DNA from: a virus
Taxonomy: Duplodnaviria; Caudoviricetes
DNA: 64,000 nt
Direction: 5' to 3' (one strand)
IMG/VR virus record: IMGVR_UViG_3300024270_000002
The notes under the pieces are model-generated. The model was not told where the DNA came from. It saw nothing but the letters and a program-made list of their open reading frames with translations, and made no database searches. Position numbers and translations under genes: made by a program. Positions 49,834 through 61,133 of the stretch are shown in pieces (the stretch's first letter is position 1; each line of letters opens with the position of its first letter).

Positions 49834-52800
49834 ATGACAAGAGAGAAAGCGCTTCAGGTATCTAGCTTACTTTATAAGATAGAAACCTATGAAGCTTTAA
49901 TAGATGATATCACAGGTCTACAGACATTAGAAGAAATAGCTCAGGCCTATGGAGAACCTATTGAAGAAGAACTAATTGCTGTTGTTCAGCTTAGGCTTGA
50001 TAAACTACTTAAAGAGTTAGAGGAGATATAATGAAGAAAGAAACTTTAGATAGAGCAAGAGAGCTTGAACATCAGATAGGTACTTATAGGACGATAGCTT
50101 TTGCAATGTCCTTTCCTTGGCAGAAGTTTAAGCTATTCAGAAGACATGCTTATATTGGATCTGGTGGAAACTATGGTACAGAAATCAGTCTTTCTGATCC
50201 GGAGCTTGCGAAGCTTATAGAGGATTATTGCAGAGATAAGATTAAGAAACTTAATAAAGAATTAGAGGAGCTTTAATGAAAGAGTTTATTAGATACACGC
50301 ATAATCCGGATAACCTTGAATTCGCAAGCCCATGTTATCTCTGTAAGCATCCAGAAGAAAGACCTGTACGAAACAAGCATAAGTGTTCTGCAACGGATTG
50401 TGATTACCTGAGGTGCTATGAGTTATTTGCTGAGCTGGAAGATACTATAGAAAACGCAGCTAAAGTAGAAGTTCATTACAAGCCACCATATGAAACAAAG
50501 TATGCCATAGTAGAATACTTCGCTCGTAAAAAGAAACCTCTTATGCTAGCTAGCTATTATATCTATGGCGAAGAACTTAAAACAGGAAAGCAGCTTATCT
50601 GTTGGCATTGGCTTCCTTCCACTAACTTTGTAATTTTAGAAGACGGCTTTGAAACCGAGGCCGAAGCAGACGCTAGAATGAAAGAACTGAGGAGCTTTAG
50701 AAAGGGTAAAGAGGTTATTATAACTAATTATTAAGGAGTAGACTATGAGGGTTACTATGAAATATGCATATCCGGAAAAAGGTACCAGGAACGGTAGAAT
50801 CTACTCGCCGGAAGTTATTGAGAAAGCCTTTAATGAACCTGCCTTTAAAGAACGTTGCTTGGCTAATGCAGTGCCTATAAAAGATGAAGCTGGTGAGTTT
50901 ATTGGTATGGGGACCGCTCACCTTGAAGATGGTAGAGTGGTTACTATAGATGCTGAAGTATTCTCGCCGGCTCATATTAACGCTCTAAAGATTGCAGACC
51001 GTACCGTTGGACTTACTCTAGTCGGCTATGGAAATGTTATACATAGAAATGGAGTTAATATTGTTACTGACTTTACCAGTGATTCTGCTCTGCTTTGTGA
51101 ACACCCGGCAGTAGATTGTTCTATGGAAATACAGCAGGAAGACTGATTAAATTAACAAATTATTATTAATAAAGGAGATATTTAAATATGGGTTGGTTTG
51201 ATGCATCAGCTACATATAGTAGTGGTAAAACACCAAAGTATAAGGTAGGAGATAAGGTATATAGACTACTTGTTATTCCGCCGAAGTTTAATAAAAGAAA
51301 GCTACAGAAGTTTTGTGTTCCTTGTGAGGTTACAGGAGTATCCACAAAGAAGAGTGGCTTTATCTTTAGAGAGTTTACTTATACAGTTAAGTCCGCGACT
51401 GGTGAAACTGTAGAAAACGTTTATGAGTCTGAACTCTATGCTGAATATCAGAACGTGCCGGAAACTAAGAATCCGGATATTACTTTTAAAGAAGCAGTAG
51501 AAGAAGCTCTAGAACAAATGACAGAGGATTCATTATAAGGAGATATAATATGACCAGAGGCGAAGAAGCTATTATTAAAGGATTTTTGATGGGTGCTTAT
51601 AAAGCAGTCCAAGATGCACAAGATGCTGAGAAACTTGCCCGTGCAGAGAGTGCCTATGATATTATTAGTAGACTTGCTAAACAGCTTAAAGTAGAAAATC
51701 CTTGTGAAAAGTAAATTATAAAATCTTACGGGATAGCTTAATTTTAGGCTATCCCCTATTGTATTATATTATAAAGAAACTATTTTTTGGAGGAAGAAGC
51801 TTGTGGCTAAGTGTTATGTATTAAAAGAAGATGTTTCTATTACCTTTACCCCGGATGAAATCTGGGAGCTGATAGTTATTTGTGAAGGTGATAAAGTATT
51901 TAATAAGAATGCCATGCGGCAGTATCGTGAAGGCAGCAGAGCTTATAATGAGTATAAGGAACTTTATGACTTGGCAGAAAAGATGCAGCAGAAGATTATT
52001 GATATTCGCAATACTCATGGTGTTTTGGAGGAGATTTAATATGAAAGTATATGTTGTTACAGATGGGTCTTATTCTGATTATGCTATTGAAAAGGTTTTC
52101 TCTAATAGACCCGCGGCAGAAGAATTTAAGAAGTGGCGTAGAATTCAAAATGACATAGAGGAATGGGAAGTGTACGATAAGCCTTTTGAAACTGATGATG
52201 GTGAGAAGGTTATGTTTATCAGAGTGTCTGGTTATGTATATCCGGAAGCTGTAGTAGATATTAAGTTTGAAATTAGACCTGACTTGCTTAGACAGGAGTC
52301 TCTGTCAAGAGGAGCAGGTATTCATTCTGTTCCAAAGCCTGGTGTATTTAATCTTTATTGTTATAGATACGTTCCTGCTGATAAGTGGGACGAAGAGAAA
52401 TATAAAGACTTGCTAACTAAGGTTCTTTATGACTATGCAGGTATCGTTAAGGCTATGCTTGCTGAAGGCGCCTCTATTAGAGATATTGAAATGGCTCTTA
52501 GAGGTAGAGAAGTGGAGGCTGCCATATGATTAGTGCTGCAGAAGCAAGACAGTTTAAAGAGCATGCTTGGCAGTATCAATTAGAACAGATTGACAGAGCT
52601 GTTAAGGAGACTATTATTGCAGGAGGCCACGAATGTGGCTATAGAGCAGACCTTCTTGATGAACGGACGATTGAGCAGTTAAGACTTCTCGGATATAAGG
52701 TAGAAGTCGCAGATTATCACTTCACTAAGATTTATTGGGAGGATTAATTAATGGAATTTTATGATGCTTGGGAATTTCTATTGGAGCATAAAATGTTTCA

Positions 52801-55597
52801 ACGTCACTTCAGAGATCTTTTGTATATTATGGTGGTTAAAGTAAACCCACTTACCAACGAAGTCGATGATGATCAGACAAAAAATACTAAGACACAAGTT
52901 TGGCTTGAAGTAGGTCCTTGGAGTGAACAATACCATACACACGATTGGGACCTTGACTGTGGTGGAGATACTTTTGAGGAAGCTATTATTAAGCTTGCAG
53001 ACTTGGTTAAGCAGTATTATGGCGACGATGGTATAAAGAAGTCTGAGAAGTATACTGCTGTTACGGAGGATTGATTTATGGAGAAGTATTATAGAGTAAG
53101 TGATATTAATGAGATACTTAATAAGCTCGCTAAAGAGCCTACTTATTATCATGAAGGAGAGGACTTCTATAATGGCGTCTGTGCTGTTGAAGGTGCGCTT
53201 ATGTGCTTGGAGCCTGTAGAGCTCGAGGAACCTAAGGTAGGAGAATGGCTTTCATTTACACGTCCTCAGCAACGGTGGGTACTTGCCTGCTCTATATGTG
53301 ATGCTGCTAGCAATGTTAGGACAAAGTATTGTCCAAACTGCGGAGCAAAGATGAATAAGGAGAATTAAGATGAAGGTAGAACTTACTATCCAAGATATGT
53401 TTGATCGTTATCCAGGTCTATTCAAAGAACGCGCCGACTGCTTGGATCATTTATTTATTTGTATAGGTAATGGTTTTAAGTGGAAAAATGGTGAGCTTGT
53501 AGACGATGATTATAAGTACACAAGAGAATATCAAAAGGTTTTGAAATCTCATCTAGTAGATGGAAAGGCTTTTCAGCATAATAAACTCTCTCTGCGTGCG
53601 GAGTCCATCTATTATGACGAACTTAGAAAAGCTGATGGAAGGAGAAATCTCTTTGCAGACATTTATACTCCAGAAGAGATCGAAGAAATGCATCAAAAGC
53701 ATTTGGCTTCTCTCCCTGATGATGTATATTATAAGCATCCGAGAGTGGAACGATGGTACGATTCTCATGTAGACTCTGAAGGAAAACCCTACATAAGATT
53801 TTGTAGGGCCTATGCTAAGCTTTTTAATTATCCAGAAGATATAAAGCCAGATTGGCTTGCAGCTATAGAAGAAACTAAACAGCTTCTTATTGAAGATTTT
53901 GGACCTGATGTGTTTAAGGAGTAAGATATGACTAAAGAATATATTGAACGCGAGGCAGCGCTTAAAGCATTGGATAAGGCTATGGATGATCGGACCTGGT
54001 CTATGGATGATCATGATACCATATGCCAGATGATTGACTACTTGGAAAAGGTTCCGGTAGTAGAGGCAGACATTGACGAGCTTAAGAAAGAAGTTGCTGA
54101 TCTAAGAAATCGTTTACATCTTATCTGGGCACTTGGTTTTGATTATGACGGCTGTAATACAGTAGAGAGCTTAAAGGAGCTTATTGATGAGCTTGTTTCT
54201 TATACTCAGTTGCCTAGGGAGCATGTTCCTGATATTACTTCCAGAACTGGAACTTGGGTTAATGCAGAATGTTCTGAGAAAAATGGTGATGCTACATGTT
54301 CTCTTTGCGGACATTGGGATTGGTCTGACTGTAAGTATTGTTCTAATTGTGGAGCTAAGATGAGTAAGAGGCCGACCAATGATTAACTCAGCAGAAGAAC
54401 TTAAAGAACAGCAGATTAACGAAATAGCTAAAGATCTTTGCAGTAGATATTCTATTTGTACTTGCGTAGATAGAGGCGGACATTGTTCGACACCGCAGCA
54501 ACATGCTAGAATTATCTACGGCTTAGGCTATAAGAAACAGGTAAAAGGAACTTGGAAGAATTATTCTTCTACTATGATGGAATGCAGTGAGTGCAAGAAA
54601 CATGTTCCGTATCATAGATATGAGTTCTGCCCGCATTGTGGAGCTAAGATGGAGAAGGAGATTTTACTATGAAAGTATATATAGTTTGGGAATATGCAGT
54701 AATAGAGTATGAAGAGCGTGTACGAAATATGGGAGTATTTTCTTCTATAGAAAAAGCTGAGGCTGCTATTAAAGAATATGCGGAAATTGCAGAGTGCTAT
54801 AAGGAACACTTCGAATATAATTATGAAGAATTTGAATTAGACACTGTTTGGGAAAGCACAGAGGACGAAGATGAGTAAGGATAATGAGACTTATAATGTT
54901 GGCTTAATTTGGCCTGGTGATGAGCATTCTGTTGAGATAATGCAGGATGCCGAAGGTAATTTTATTACTGATGAGAAGCATATTAAAGATTGGGTTTATT
55001 GTTTAAATAATCCTTGGTCGGGCACTTCTATGGAATATGAGATTTATCCTAACTATCAGAAGGCAGATGAATGGATAGCTCGCAAGAAAGTTATCGTATA
55101 TGATTCTCTTGATGCTTGTATTGCAGCAAGGGGTTCTACACCAAAGGAAGCGTTAGAGAACCTTGAGGATTTTATACTGGAAGTAACTGAGCAGTACTAT
55201 GAGGAGACAGAAGATGAGTAACGGAACAGTAACAATTATTAATACAACACCTTATAACCTACAGTCAGTTCCGGAAGTAGGAAAAGAATATCATATCTTT
55301 GATGATGGTAAGATAAGTATGAGCAGACATTATACTGCTAAGATAGTAGAGGTTATTCCTTTTGAGAAATGTGAAGACCTTGAGCTTATGTCTAAGTGGG
55401 CAGAGGAAGTTATTGAATGCTATTGGCTTTTTGCTACAGCTACAGATTACTTTGTTAAGGCAGTATCAGACTATGATAAGAACCCTTTATACTTTGTAAG
55501 AACAACTGACGGAGGCTGGTTCTCGATAGACTACCCTAGTGTCTGGATGGGAGCCAGACTTGATATCGATGGTCGGCTTTATAATAAGATGATTTAG
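49834..55597 (+). other. Array of small hypothetical CDSs (49834, 50031, 50276, 51188, 51550, 51803, 52041, 52526, 52751, 53078, 53370, 53928, 54379, 54669, 54871, 55199)
   Basis: Packed ORFs; three end in the CPxCGAKM-type Zn ribbon. Confidence 0.7.
50745..51146 (+). CDS. Short protein with a T4 gp21-like prohead-protease N-terminal motif
   Basis: TRNGRIYSPEVIEKAF resembles NRNGRIYPxEVLEKAV. Confidence 0.4.
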   Translation: MRVTMKYAYPEKGTRNGRIYSPEVIEKAFNEPAFKERCLANAVPIKDEAGEFIGMGTAHLEDGRVVTIDAEVFSPAHINALKIADRTVGLTLVGYGNVIHRNGVNIVTDFTSDSALLCEHPAVDCSMEIQQED

Positions 55598-55620
55598 AAC
55601 TATGGAGATGAAAATTAATT

Positions 55621-57000
55621 ATGTATGATGTCGTAATTATAGGCGGAGGCATTGGAGGTCTGATGTCTGCCTATAGACTTGTTACTAATAATAAGAATCT
55701 TAAGATTGCAGTTATAGAACAAGGCAGTGAATTAACTAAAAGAACGTGTCCGATGCATTCCTCTAAAGGTGCCTGCAGACACTGCAAGACCTGCGCTATC
55801 ACCCATGGTATTGCAGGAGCTGGTGCTTTCTCAGATGGTAAGTTTAACATGGGCACTGCTTATGGCGGTACTTTAGGAGAAGAGCTCGGTGAAGAACTTA
55901 CTATGAAGTATATTAATATGTTAGACAGTATCTTGAGTAGTTATGCTTCTGACTACCCTGATATGTATGAATCTGATGATGACCTAAAATTAGAGTGCCT
56001 TCAGAATAATCTTACATTATTAGATATGAATGTTCGACACCTTGGCACAGATAAGAACTACGATACTATGCTAGCTATCTACAATGATCTTCAAGAGAAC
56101 TACGGAGTAGCGTTTATGACGAATCTTGCTTGTACAAATATTTCTAAGAGTGACACTGCCTATGAAGTAGTAGTACAGCGCGGAAATGTTTCTTGGAGTT
56201 ATGGAGCTAAAAGAGTTATAGTAGCTACTGGCAGAAGTGGAGCAGACTTTGTTAAGAAGCTATGCAAGGATTTTAATGTAAGTGTAGAAGCCAGAGCTGT
56301 AGATATCGGTGTGAGAGTAGAGATGCCTGATCTTATTTGGAAGAAATTTTCAGATAAGATTTATGAACCTAAGATTCATTATAGAACTACTACCTACGGA
56401 GATTCTTGCAGAATGTTTTGCTTTAATCAGGGTGGCATTGTATCCGCAGAAAATAATAATGGAGTTATTACTGCAAACGGACATAGCTATGCAGATAAGG
56501 CTAAGAAGACAAAGAACTGCAATTTTGCCGTACTGTCAAGTACACACTTTACTGAGCCGTTTAATCAACCTACCGAGTATGCTGAGAATATCGCTAAGCT
56601 GGCCAACATGATCGGAAAAGATAACGTGATCGTACAGAGGCTTGGAGATCTAAAGCTCGGTAGACGTACTACTACACACCGGCTTTCTCAGTGTACCACT
56701 GTACCTACTCTGACGGCCACGCCTGGAGACCTAGCGCTTGTTCTTCCTCACAGAGTACTTACTAATATTATTGAAACTCTCGAGGCTTTGGATAAGGTAG
56801 CTCCTGGAACAGCGAATCCTGATACACTTCTATATGGAGTAGAGAGTAAATATTATTCCTTAAAGCCTGCTCATAGTGAATCTTTTGAATTGGTACCTGG
56901 TCTTTATCTTATTGGTGATGGTTCAGGTATCTGTAGAGGCTTAAGCCAGTCTGGCGCTATGGGTCTTTATGTAGCTGACTGTATAACAGATAATAAATAA
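55621..57000 (+). CDS. FAD-dependent oxidoreductase (COG2509-like) with a Cys cluster
   Basis: GGGIGG, CP...CxxCxxC, GxAGAGAFSDGK, ATGRSG, DIGVRVE and GDGSG motifs. Confidence 0.85.
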   Translation: MYDVVIIGGGIGGLMSAYRLVTNNKNLKIAVIEQGSELTKRTCPMHSSKGACRHCKTCAITHGIAGAGAFSDGKFNMGTAYGGTLGEELGEELTMKYINMLDSILSSYASDYPDMYESDDDLKLECLQNNLTLLDMNVRHLGTDKNYDTMLAIYNDLQENYGVAFMTNLACTNISKSDTAYEVVVQRGNVSWSYGAKRVIVATGRSGADFVKKLCKDFNVSVEARAVDIGVRVEMPDLIWKKFSDKIYEPKIHYRTTTYGDSCRMFCFNQGGIVSAENNNGVITANGHSYADKAKKTKNCNFAVLSSTHFTEPFNQPTEYAENIAKLANMIGKDNVIVQRLGDLKLGRRTTTHRLSQCTTVPTLTATPGDLALVLPHRVLTNIIETLEALDKVAPGTANPDTLLYGVESKYYSLKPAHSESFELVPGLYLIGDGSGICRGLSQSGAMGLYVADCITDNK

Positions 57001-57014
57001 GGAGGACTAATGGT

Positions 57015-58154
57015 ATGAATAAAGTATTAATTGTAGGTGGAACATTTGATAAAGAAGGTGGCAGACCTTCTAAGCTTATTAATAGTATCTATGAAGAGAC
57101 AGCTAAGCAGTATGCTGATATTGATTTTTATGAAGTTACTTGTATCAACGGTGGTACAGTAGATAGACTACATAACGAAGTGCTGCCTTCTGCAGTAGAC
57201 TATCAGATTGTTATGTGGTTTGCTAATGTAAGTAATGATGAAGATAAGCTCAGAGATGTTAAGGCTCTTAATCCTAAGTGTATGCTTGTTACGTCTAAGA
57301 GAAATGATGATAGCAAGTATACATTCGCAGAGTTGATTAGCCGAGCTCTGGCAATTAAAGCAAATCTTACTATTGAGTTTTCTAAGCAAGAAGATAAGTT
57401 TAATATGATGCTCTTTGACCCGCTCGGTAATGTATTCTACGATGGGCTTAGTGTGGCAGAGCTCTGTGATGCTCTTACTACCAGACTTTGGAAGCTGGTT
57501 CAGTTTACTAGAGTGCCTACTATTCAGGAGACTGAGCTTCCTGTGCCAGAGGTGCCGGAAGAAACTGAGTTCTTCGAGTTTGCTCATGACTGTGCTGATA
57601 TCTTCCATAACCTTATTAGACCAGCGAAAGGAACAGAAAGATTCCTTGGTAATATGAGTTTTAGATGCCAGAACGGTTTTCCTTCTTTCAGAGGCGAGAA
57701 CGGTATTATTTATGTAAGTAGAAGAAATGTGGATAAGTCCGATATCAATGCCAGCAGCTTTGTACCTACCTATATAGATAATAATAAAGTAAAGTATTTC
57801 GGAGATTATAAACCTTCGGTAGATACACCTGTACAGCTTAGACTTTATAGGCTTTTCCCTTGGGCTAACTACATGCTGCATGCTCATTGCTATGTAGATA
57901 CCTTTGGAATGCCCGAGACGGTTATGCTACATACTGAGAATCCTATCCCTTGTGGCGCTCTTGAAGAAGTAAACGAGATTTATAAGTTGGCTTCTGAGTA
58001 TACTTTTAAGTATAGTCTTACTCCAAGACTTCTTGCTATTAATCTTAAAGGTCACGGCTGTATCCTTATTGCTAAAGATGTAGAAATATTTAAGGAACTT
58101 CAGAAGCATAAGGATAACTGCTTCGTACAGCGACCTATCCCAGAAGTAGTTTAA
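57015..58154 (+). CDS. Class II aldolase/adducin-family protein with an extra N-terminal domain
   Basis: GNMSFR, KPSVDT, LHAHC, PCG and LKGHG metal-binding motifs. Confidence 0.7.
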   Translation: MNKVLIVGGTFDKEGGRPSKLINSIYEETAKQYADIDFYEVTCINGGTVDRLHNEVLPSAVDYQIVMWFANVSNDEDKLRDVKALNPKCMLVTSKRNDDSKYTFAELISRALAIKANLTIEFSKQEDKFNMMLFDPLGNVFYDGLSVAELCDALTTRLWKLVQFTRVPTIQETELPVPEVPEETEFFEFAHDCADIFHNLIRPAKGTERFLGNMSFRCQNGFPSFRGENGIIYVSRRNVDKSDINASSFVPTYIDNNKVKYFGDYKPSVDTPVQLRLYRLFPWANYMLHAHCYVDTFGMPETVMLHTENPIPCGALEEVNEIYKLASEYTFKYSLTPRLLAINLKGHGCILIAKDVEIFKELQKHKDNCFVQRPIPEVV

Positions 58155-58173
58155 TTATTGAAAGGAAGTACAG

Positions 58174-58722
58174 ATGAAGAAACCTATTGTTGTTAATTTA
58201 ACAGGCAGTCCTGGCGCCGGTAAGTCGACTGGTGCTGCAAAAATCTTTAGCGAGCTTAAGATGCTTGGTATTAACTGCGAGCTAGTAGGCGAGTTTGCTA
58301 AGGATAAGACTTGGGAGCATAATCGTACCGCACTCAACTGTCAAGAGTATGTCTTTGGTAAACAGTCTTATCGACTAGCGAGGTGCCGAGACGAGGTAGA
58401 TGTTATTGTTACCGATAGTCCGCTCCCGCTTACAATTATCTATACTAAAAATGAAAAGATTAAAGAGCCGCTTACTAAACTTGTTATGGCTATCTACGAT
58501 TCTTATGATAATATTAATTTCTTTATTAATAGAACCAAGCCTTATAATCCTAAGGGTCGCAATCAGACTGCCGAGGAAAGCGATGCCCTGAGTCTTGATA
58601 TTAAGGAACTATACCAGAGACTAAATATTCCGTATACTGAGATCACCGGAGATGATGAAGGATACCAGAAAGCTATCGCTAAGGTAGTAACTAAACTTAA
58701 TACTGCTAAGCTAAATGGCTAA
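58174..58722 (+). CDS. P-loop nucleotide kinase (AAA_28 / NadR-kinase-like)
   Basis: GSPGAGKST, EFAKD, VTDSPL and GRNQ motifs. Confidence 0.8.
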   Translation: MKKPIVVNLTGSPGAGKSTGAAKIFSELKMLGINCELVGEFAKDKTWEHNRTALNCQEYVFGKQSYRLARCRDEVDVIVTDSPLPLTIIYTKNEKIKEPLTKLVMAIYDSYDNINFFINRTKPYNPKGRNQTAEESDALSLDIKELYQRLNIPYTEITGDDEGYQKAIAKVVTKLNTAKLNG

Positions 58723-58730
58723 AATTTATT

Positions 58731-58768
58731 TAACAGTTACTCTTTTTCGAGGGTAGCTGTTATTTTTT
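58731..58768 (+). terminator. Terminator, repeated at 59494-59530
   Basis: taacagttactc...gggtagctgtta versus taacagctactc...gagtagctgtta. Confidence 0.75.
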
Positions 58769-58817
58769 ATTGCTAAATTATACATAAAATAAATATATTA
58801 TTAAAGGAGATAGATAA

Positions 58818-59468
58818 ATGATTAACACTATACGTTTACGTTGTATCTTAGGCTGGCTCGGTATGGCCTTACCATTACTTGTGCTTGTACTGTGCTTAAT
58901 ATTTGGGTATGGTGTGCCAGATTCAATTTCTGCTACATATTATATTCCTACTTGTATAACGCCTTTTATGATTATTCTCGGCTCGGCAGGTATTCTACTA
59001 ATTAGTTATAAAGGATATGATCAGCAGGATGATATTATTTGCACTATTGCTGGCGCATTTGCATTAGGCATTTGCATATTCCCGTGTGCTACTAAAGACC
59101 TCATAACGAGATGGCCTGAGCTTGCTACATTAGGCCAAGTAGGCACTTTTCAAATTGTACCAGTTATTAGTGGTATCCTACATAACATTTGTGCACTAAG
59201 TTTCTTTGCTTTACTGTCTTATAACTCTATATTTTTGTTTACTAAAACAAACGGTAATATTACGAAAAATAAGAAGATACGAAATGTTATTTTCAGAGTA
59301 TGTGGTATCGGTATGGCAGTATCATTTATAGCAATTATCCCAGTTAGCATTTTTAATCTGTGGGGTGGCATTTGGCTAATCGAAACTATTGCTCTTGCAC
59401 TATTTGGTATATCATGGCTAACTAAAGCTAACTACTTCCGGTGGTTATTTGCGGATCCTAAACAATAA
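58818..59468 (+). CDS. Six-TM membrane protein (DUF998-like), GCTAAATTA promoter
   Basis: Multiple TM segments; SISATYY and LHNICA motifs; GCTAAATTA at 58772. Confidence 0.65.
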   Translation: MINTIRLRCILGWLGMALPLLVLVLCLIFGYGVPDSISATYYIPTCITPFMIILGSAGILLISYKGYDQQDDIICTIAGAFALGICIFPCATKDLITRWPELATLGQVGTFQIVPVISGILHNICALSFFALLSYNSIFLFTKTNGNITKNKKIRNVIFRVCGIGMAVSFIAIIPVSIFNLWGGIWLIETIALALFGISWLTKANYFRWLFADPKQ

Positions 59469-59581
59469 AGTTAATATTTATTTTAAACAAAAATAACAGC
59501 TACTCTTTTTATGAGTAGCTGTTAAATTTTTACACTCTAAGCTGTATTATATAATATAATAAAACTATGAGGTGACAAGAT

Positions 59582-59947
59582 ATGCCAGAAATCAAGATTA
59601 AAACTCATACTACTTATACATATGAAACGTCCGACGGCAGAGAGTTTGATCTTGCTGAGGAAGCGCAGGAGTGGCAGGACCATTTAGAAAACATTAAAGG
59701 TATTACTATGCTCGATAGTAAGTTTCAGAATACAAAAGATCATAGCGAAGCTTTTTATGTACATATTAAAACTTGGCAGCAACAGGAAGCATTTGAGGCC
59801 ATGCAGTATTATGAAGGTATGGGCGCACATATCCCAAAGCCTGGCTACTGGTACTATGATGACTGCACCGATTCATATGTAGACATTGTTAAGGAAAGAG
59901 ATAGACTTCAGAGCATTATTGAAACTCTTGATGTTTTAGGAAAGTGA
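59582..59947 (+). CDS. Hypothetical protein
   Basis: GAGGTG RBS after the 59542 promoter. Confidence 0.7.
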   Translation: MPEIKIKTHTTYTYETSDGREFDLAEEAQEWQDHLENIKGITMLDSKFQNTKDHSEAFYVHIKTWQQQEAFEAMQYYEGMGAHIPKPGYWYYDDCTDSYVDIVKERDRLQSIIETLDVLGK

Positions 59948-59956
59948 GTATAACTT

Positions 59957-61129
59957 ATGTATAATACTAATATTGGTGCTTTCTGTGCGGAGCATGAAGA
60001 TTATCTTGAACTTCTTGCAGCAGAGCCTTATTATATTAAGATTAAAGAAGACGGACCTTATATTATCTTTAACTATGATCAAATCAGATCAGATTTTTCT
60101 AATACCATAGTACAGGAAGCGAGAGGAATTATCTTTAGCAAGGGTCATTGGGAGCACCCTGTATGTTGGGCATTTAATAAGTTCGGAAACTACGGCGAGT
60201 CTTATGTACCTGACCTTGATTGGGATACCGCTTTTGTATCTGAGAAGGTAGATGGCTCTTTGATTAAGGTCTGGTATTATAGAGGTAGTTGGCATATATC
60301 TACTAATGGAACTATTGATGCCTTTAAGGCAGAAATTGGCGATGCTAGAATGCCTGATTTCGGAACTTACTTTGAGTATGTTCTTAATCGTCTGTATCCA
60401 CCTCGAATCTATCGTAAGGCTTTTGATGATTTCACTATCGACCTCGATGAGAATCTTACTTATATGTTCGAGCTCGTCGGACCTTACAATAGAGTAGTTG
60501 TTCCGTATGAGGAGCCTGCTATCTATTTCCTTGGCGCACGTAATAAATATACTGGAGAAGAGTTTAATTGTTCGTCTGAGGTAGCAGGTGCTTTGGACAT
60601 GGGAAGATTTAAGCTGCCTAAGCAATATCCTCTTAACTCTCTTGAGCATTGTATTAAGATTACTGAGAACTTCCCTTGGGATGCAGAAGGAGTTGTAGCA
60701 TGCGATGCTCAGTTCAATAGAGTAAAGATTAAGTCGCCTGCTTACGTTCTCGCTCACTTCGCCCGCAATAATAATGTAATCAATAGAAAGCGTCTTATCA
60801 ACGTAATCCTTATTAATGAGGTAGAAGAGTTTCTTTGCTATGCTGCCGATTATAAGGAAGAGCTTGAGAAGGTACAGGGGCTTATGAAGGCTTACTGTAA
60901 GGTAGGCGATCAGATTGCTAAGTCATGTCAAAGACTCTATGATATACCTAAGAAGACTTTTGCTGCTTGGGTACAGACTCTTCCTAAGATTTATCAGGAC
61001 CTTGCTTTTAGAAATTATAATAATGTAATGTCCGCTAATGATTATACTGCTGGCTGGAATGAGAATAAGTGGGAGACTTATCTCGAAGAATTTGAAAAGC
61101 TTATGAAAGATTTATATATAAAGGAGTAA
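59957..61129 (+). CDS. T4 Rnl1-like RNA ligase
   Basis: EARGII, FNKFGN, EKVDGS, FEL, EGVV and RVKIK motifs. Confidence 0.9.
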   Translation: MYNTNIGAFCAEHEDYLELLAAEPYYIKIKEDGPYIIFNYDQIRSDFSNTIVQEARGIIFSKGHWEHPVCWAFNKFGNYGESYVPDLDWDTAFVSEKVDGSLIKVWYYRGSWHISTNGTIDAFKAEIGDARMPDFGTYFEYVLNRLYPPRIYRKAFDDFTIDLDENLTYMFELVGPYNRVVVPYEEPAIYFLGARNKYTGEEFNCSSEVAGALDMGRFKLPKQYPLNSLEHCIKITENFPWDAEGVVACDAQFNRVKIKSPAYVLAHFARNNNVINRKRLINVILINEVEEFLCYAADYKEELEKVQGLMKAYCKVGDQIAKSCQRLYDIPKKTFAAWVQTLPKIYQDLAFRNYNNVMSANDYTAGWNENKWETYLEEFEKLMKDLYIKE

Positions 61130-61133
61130 AACT

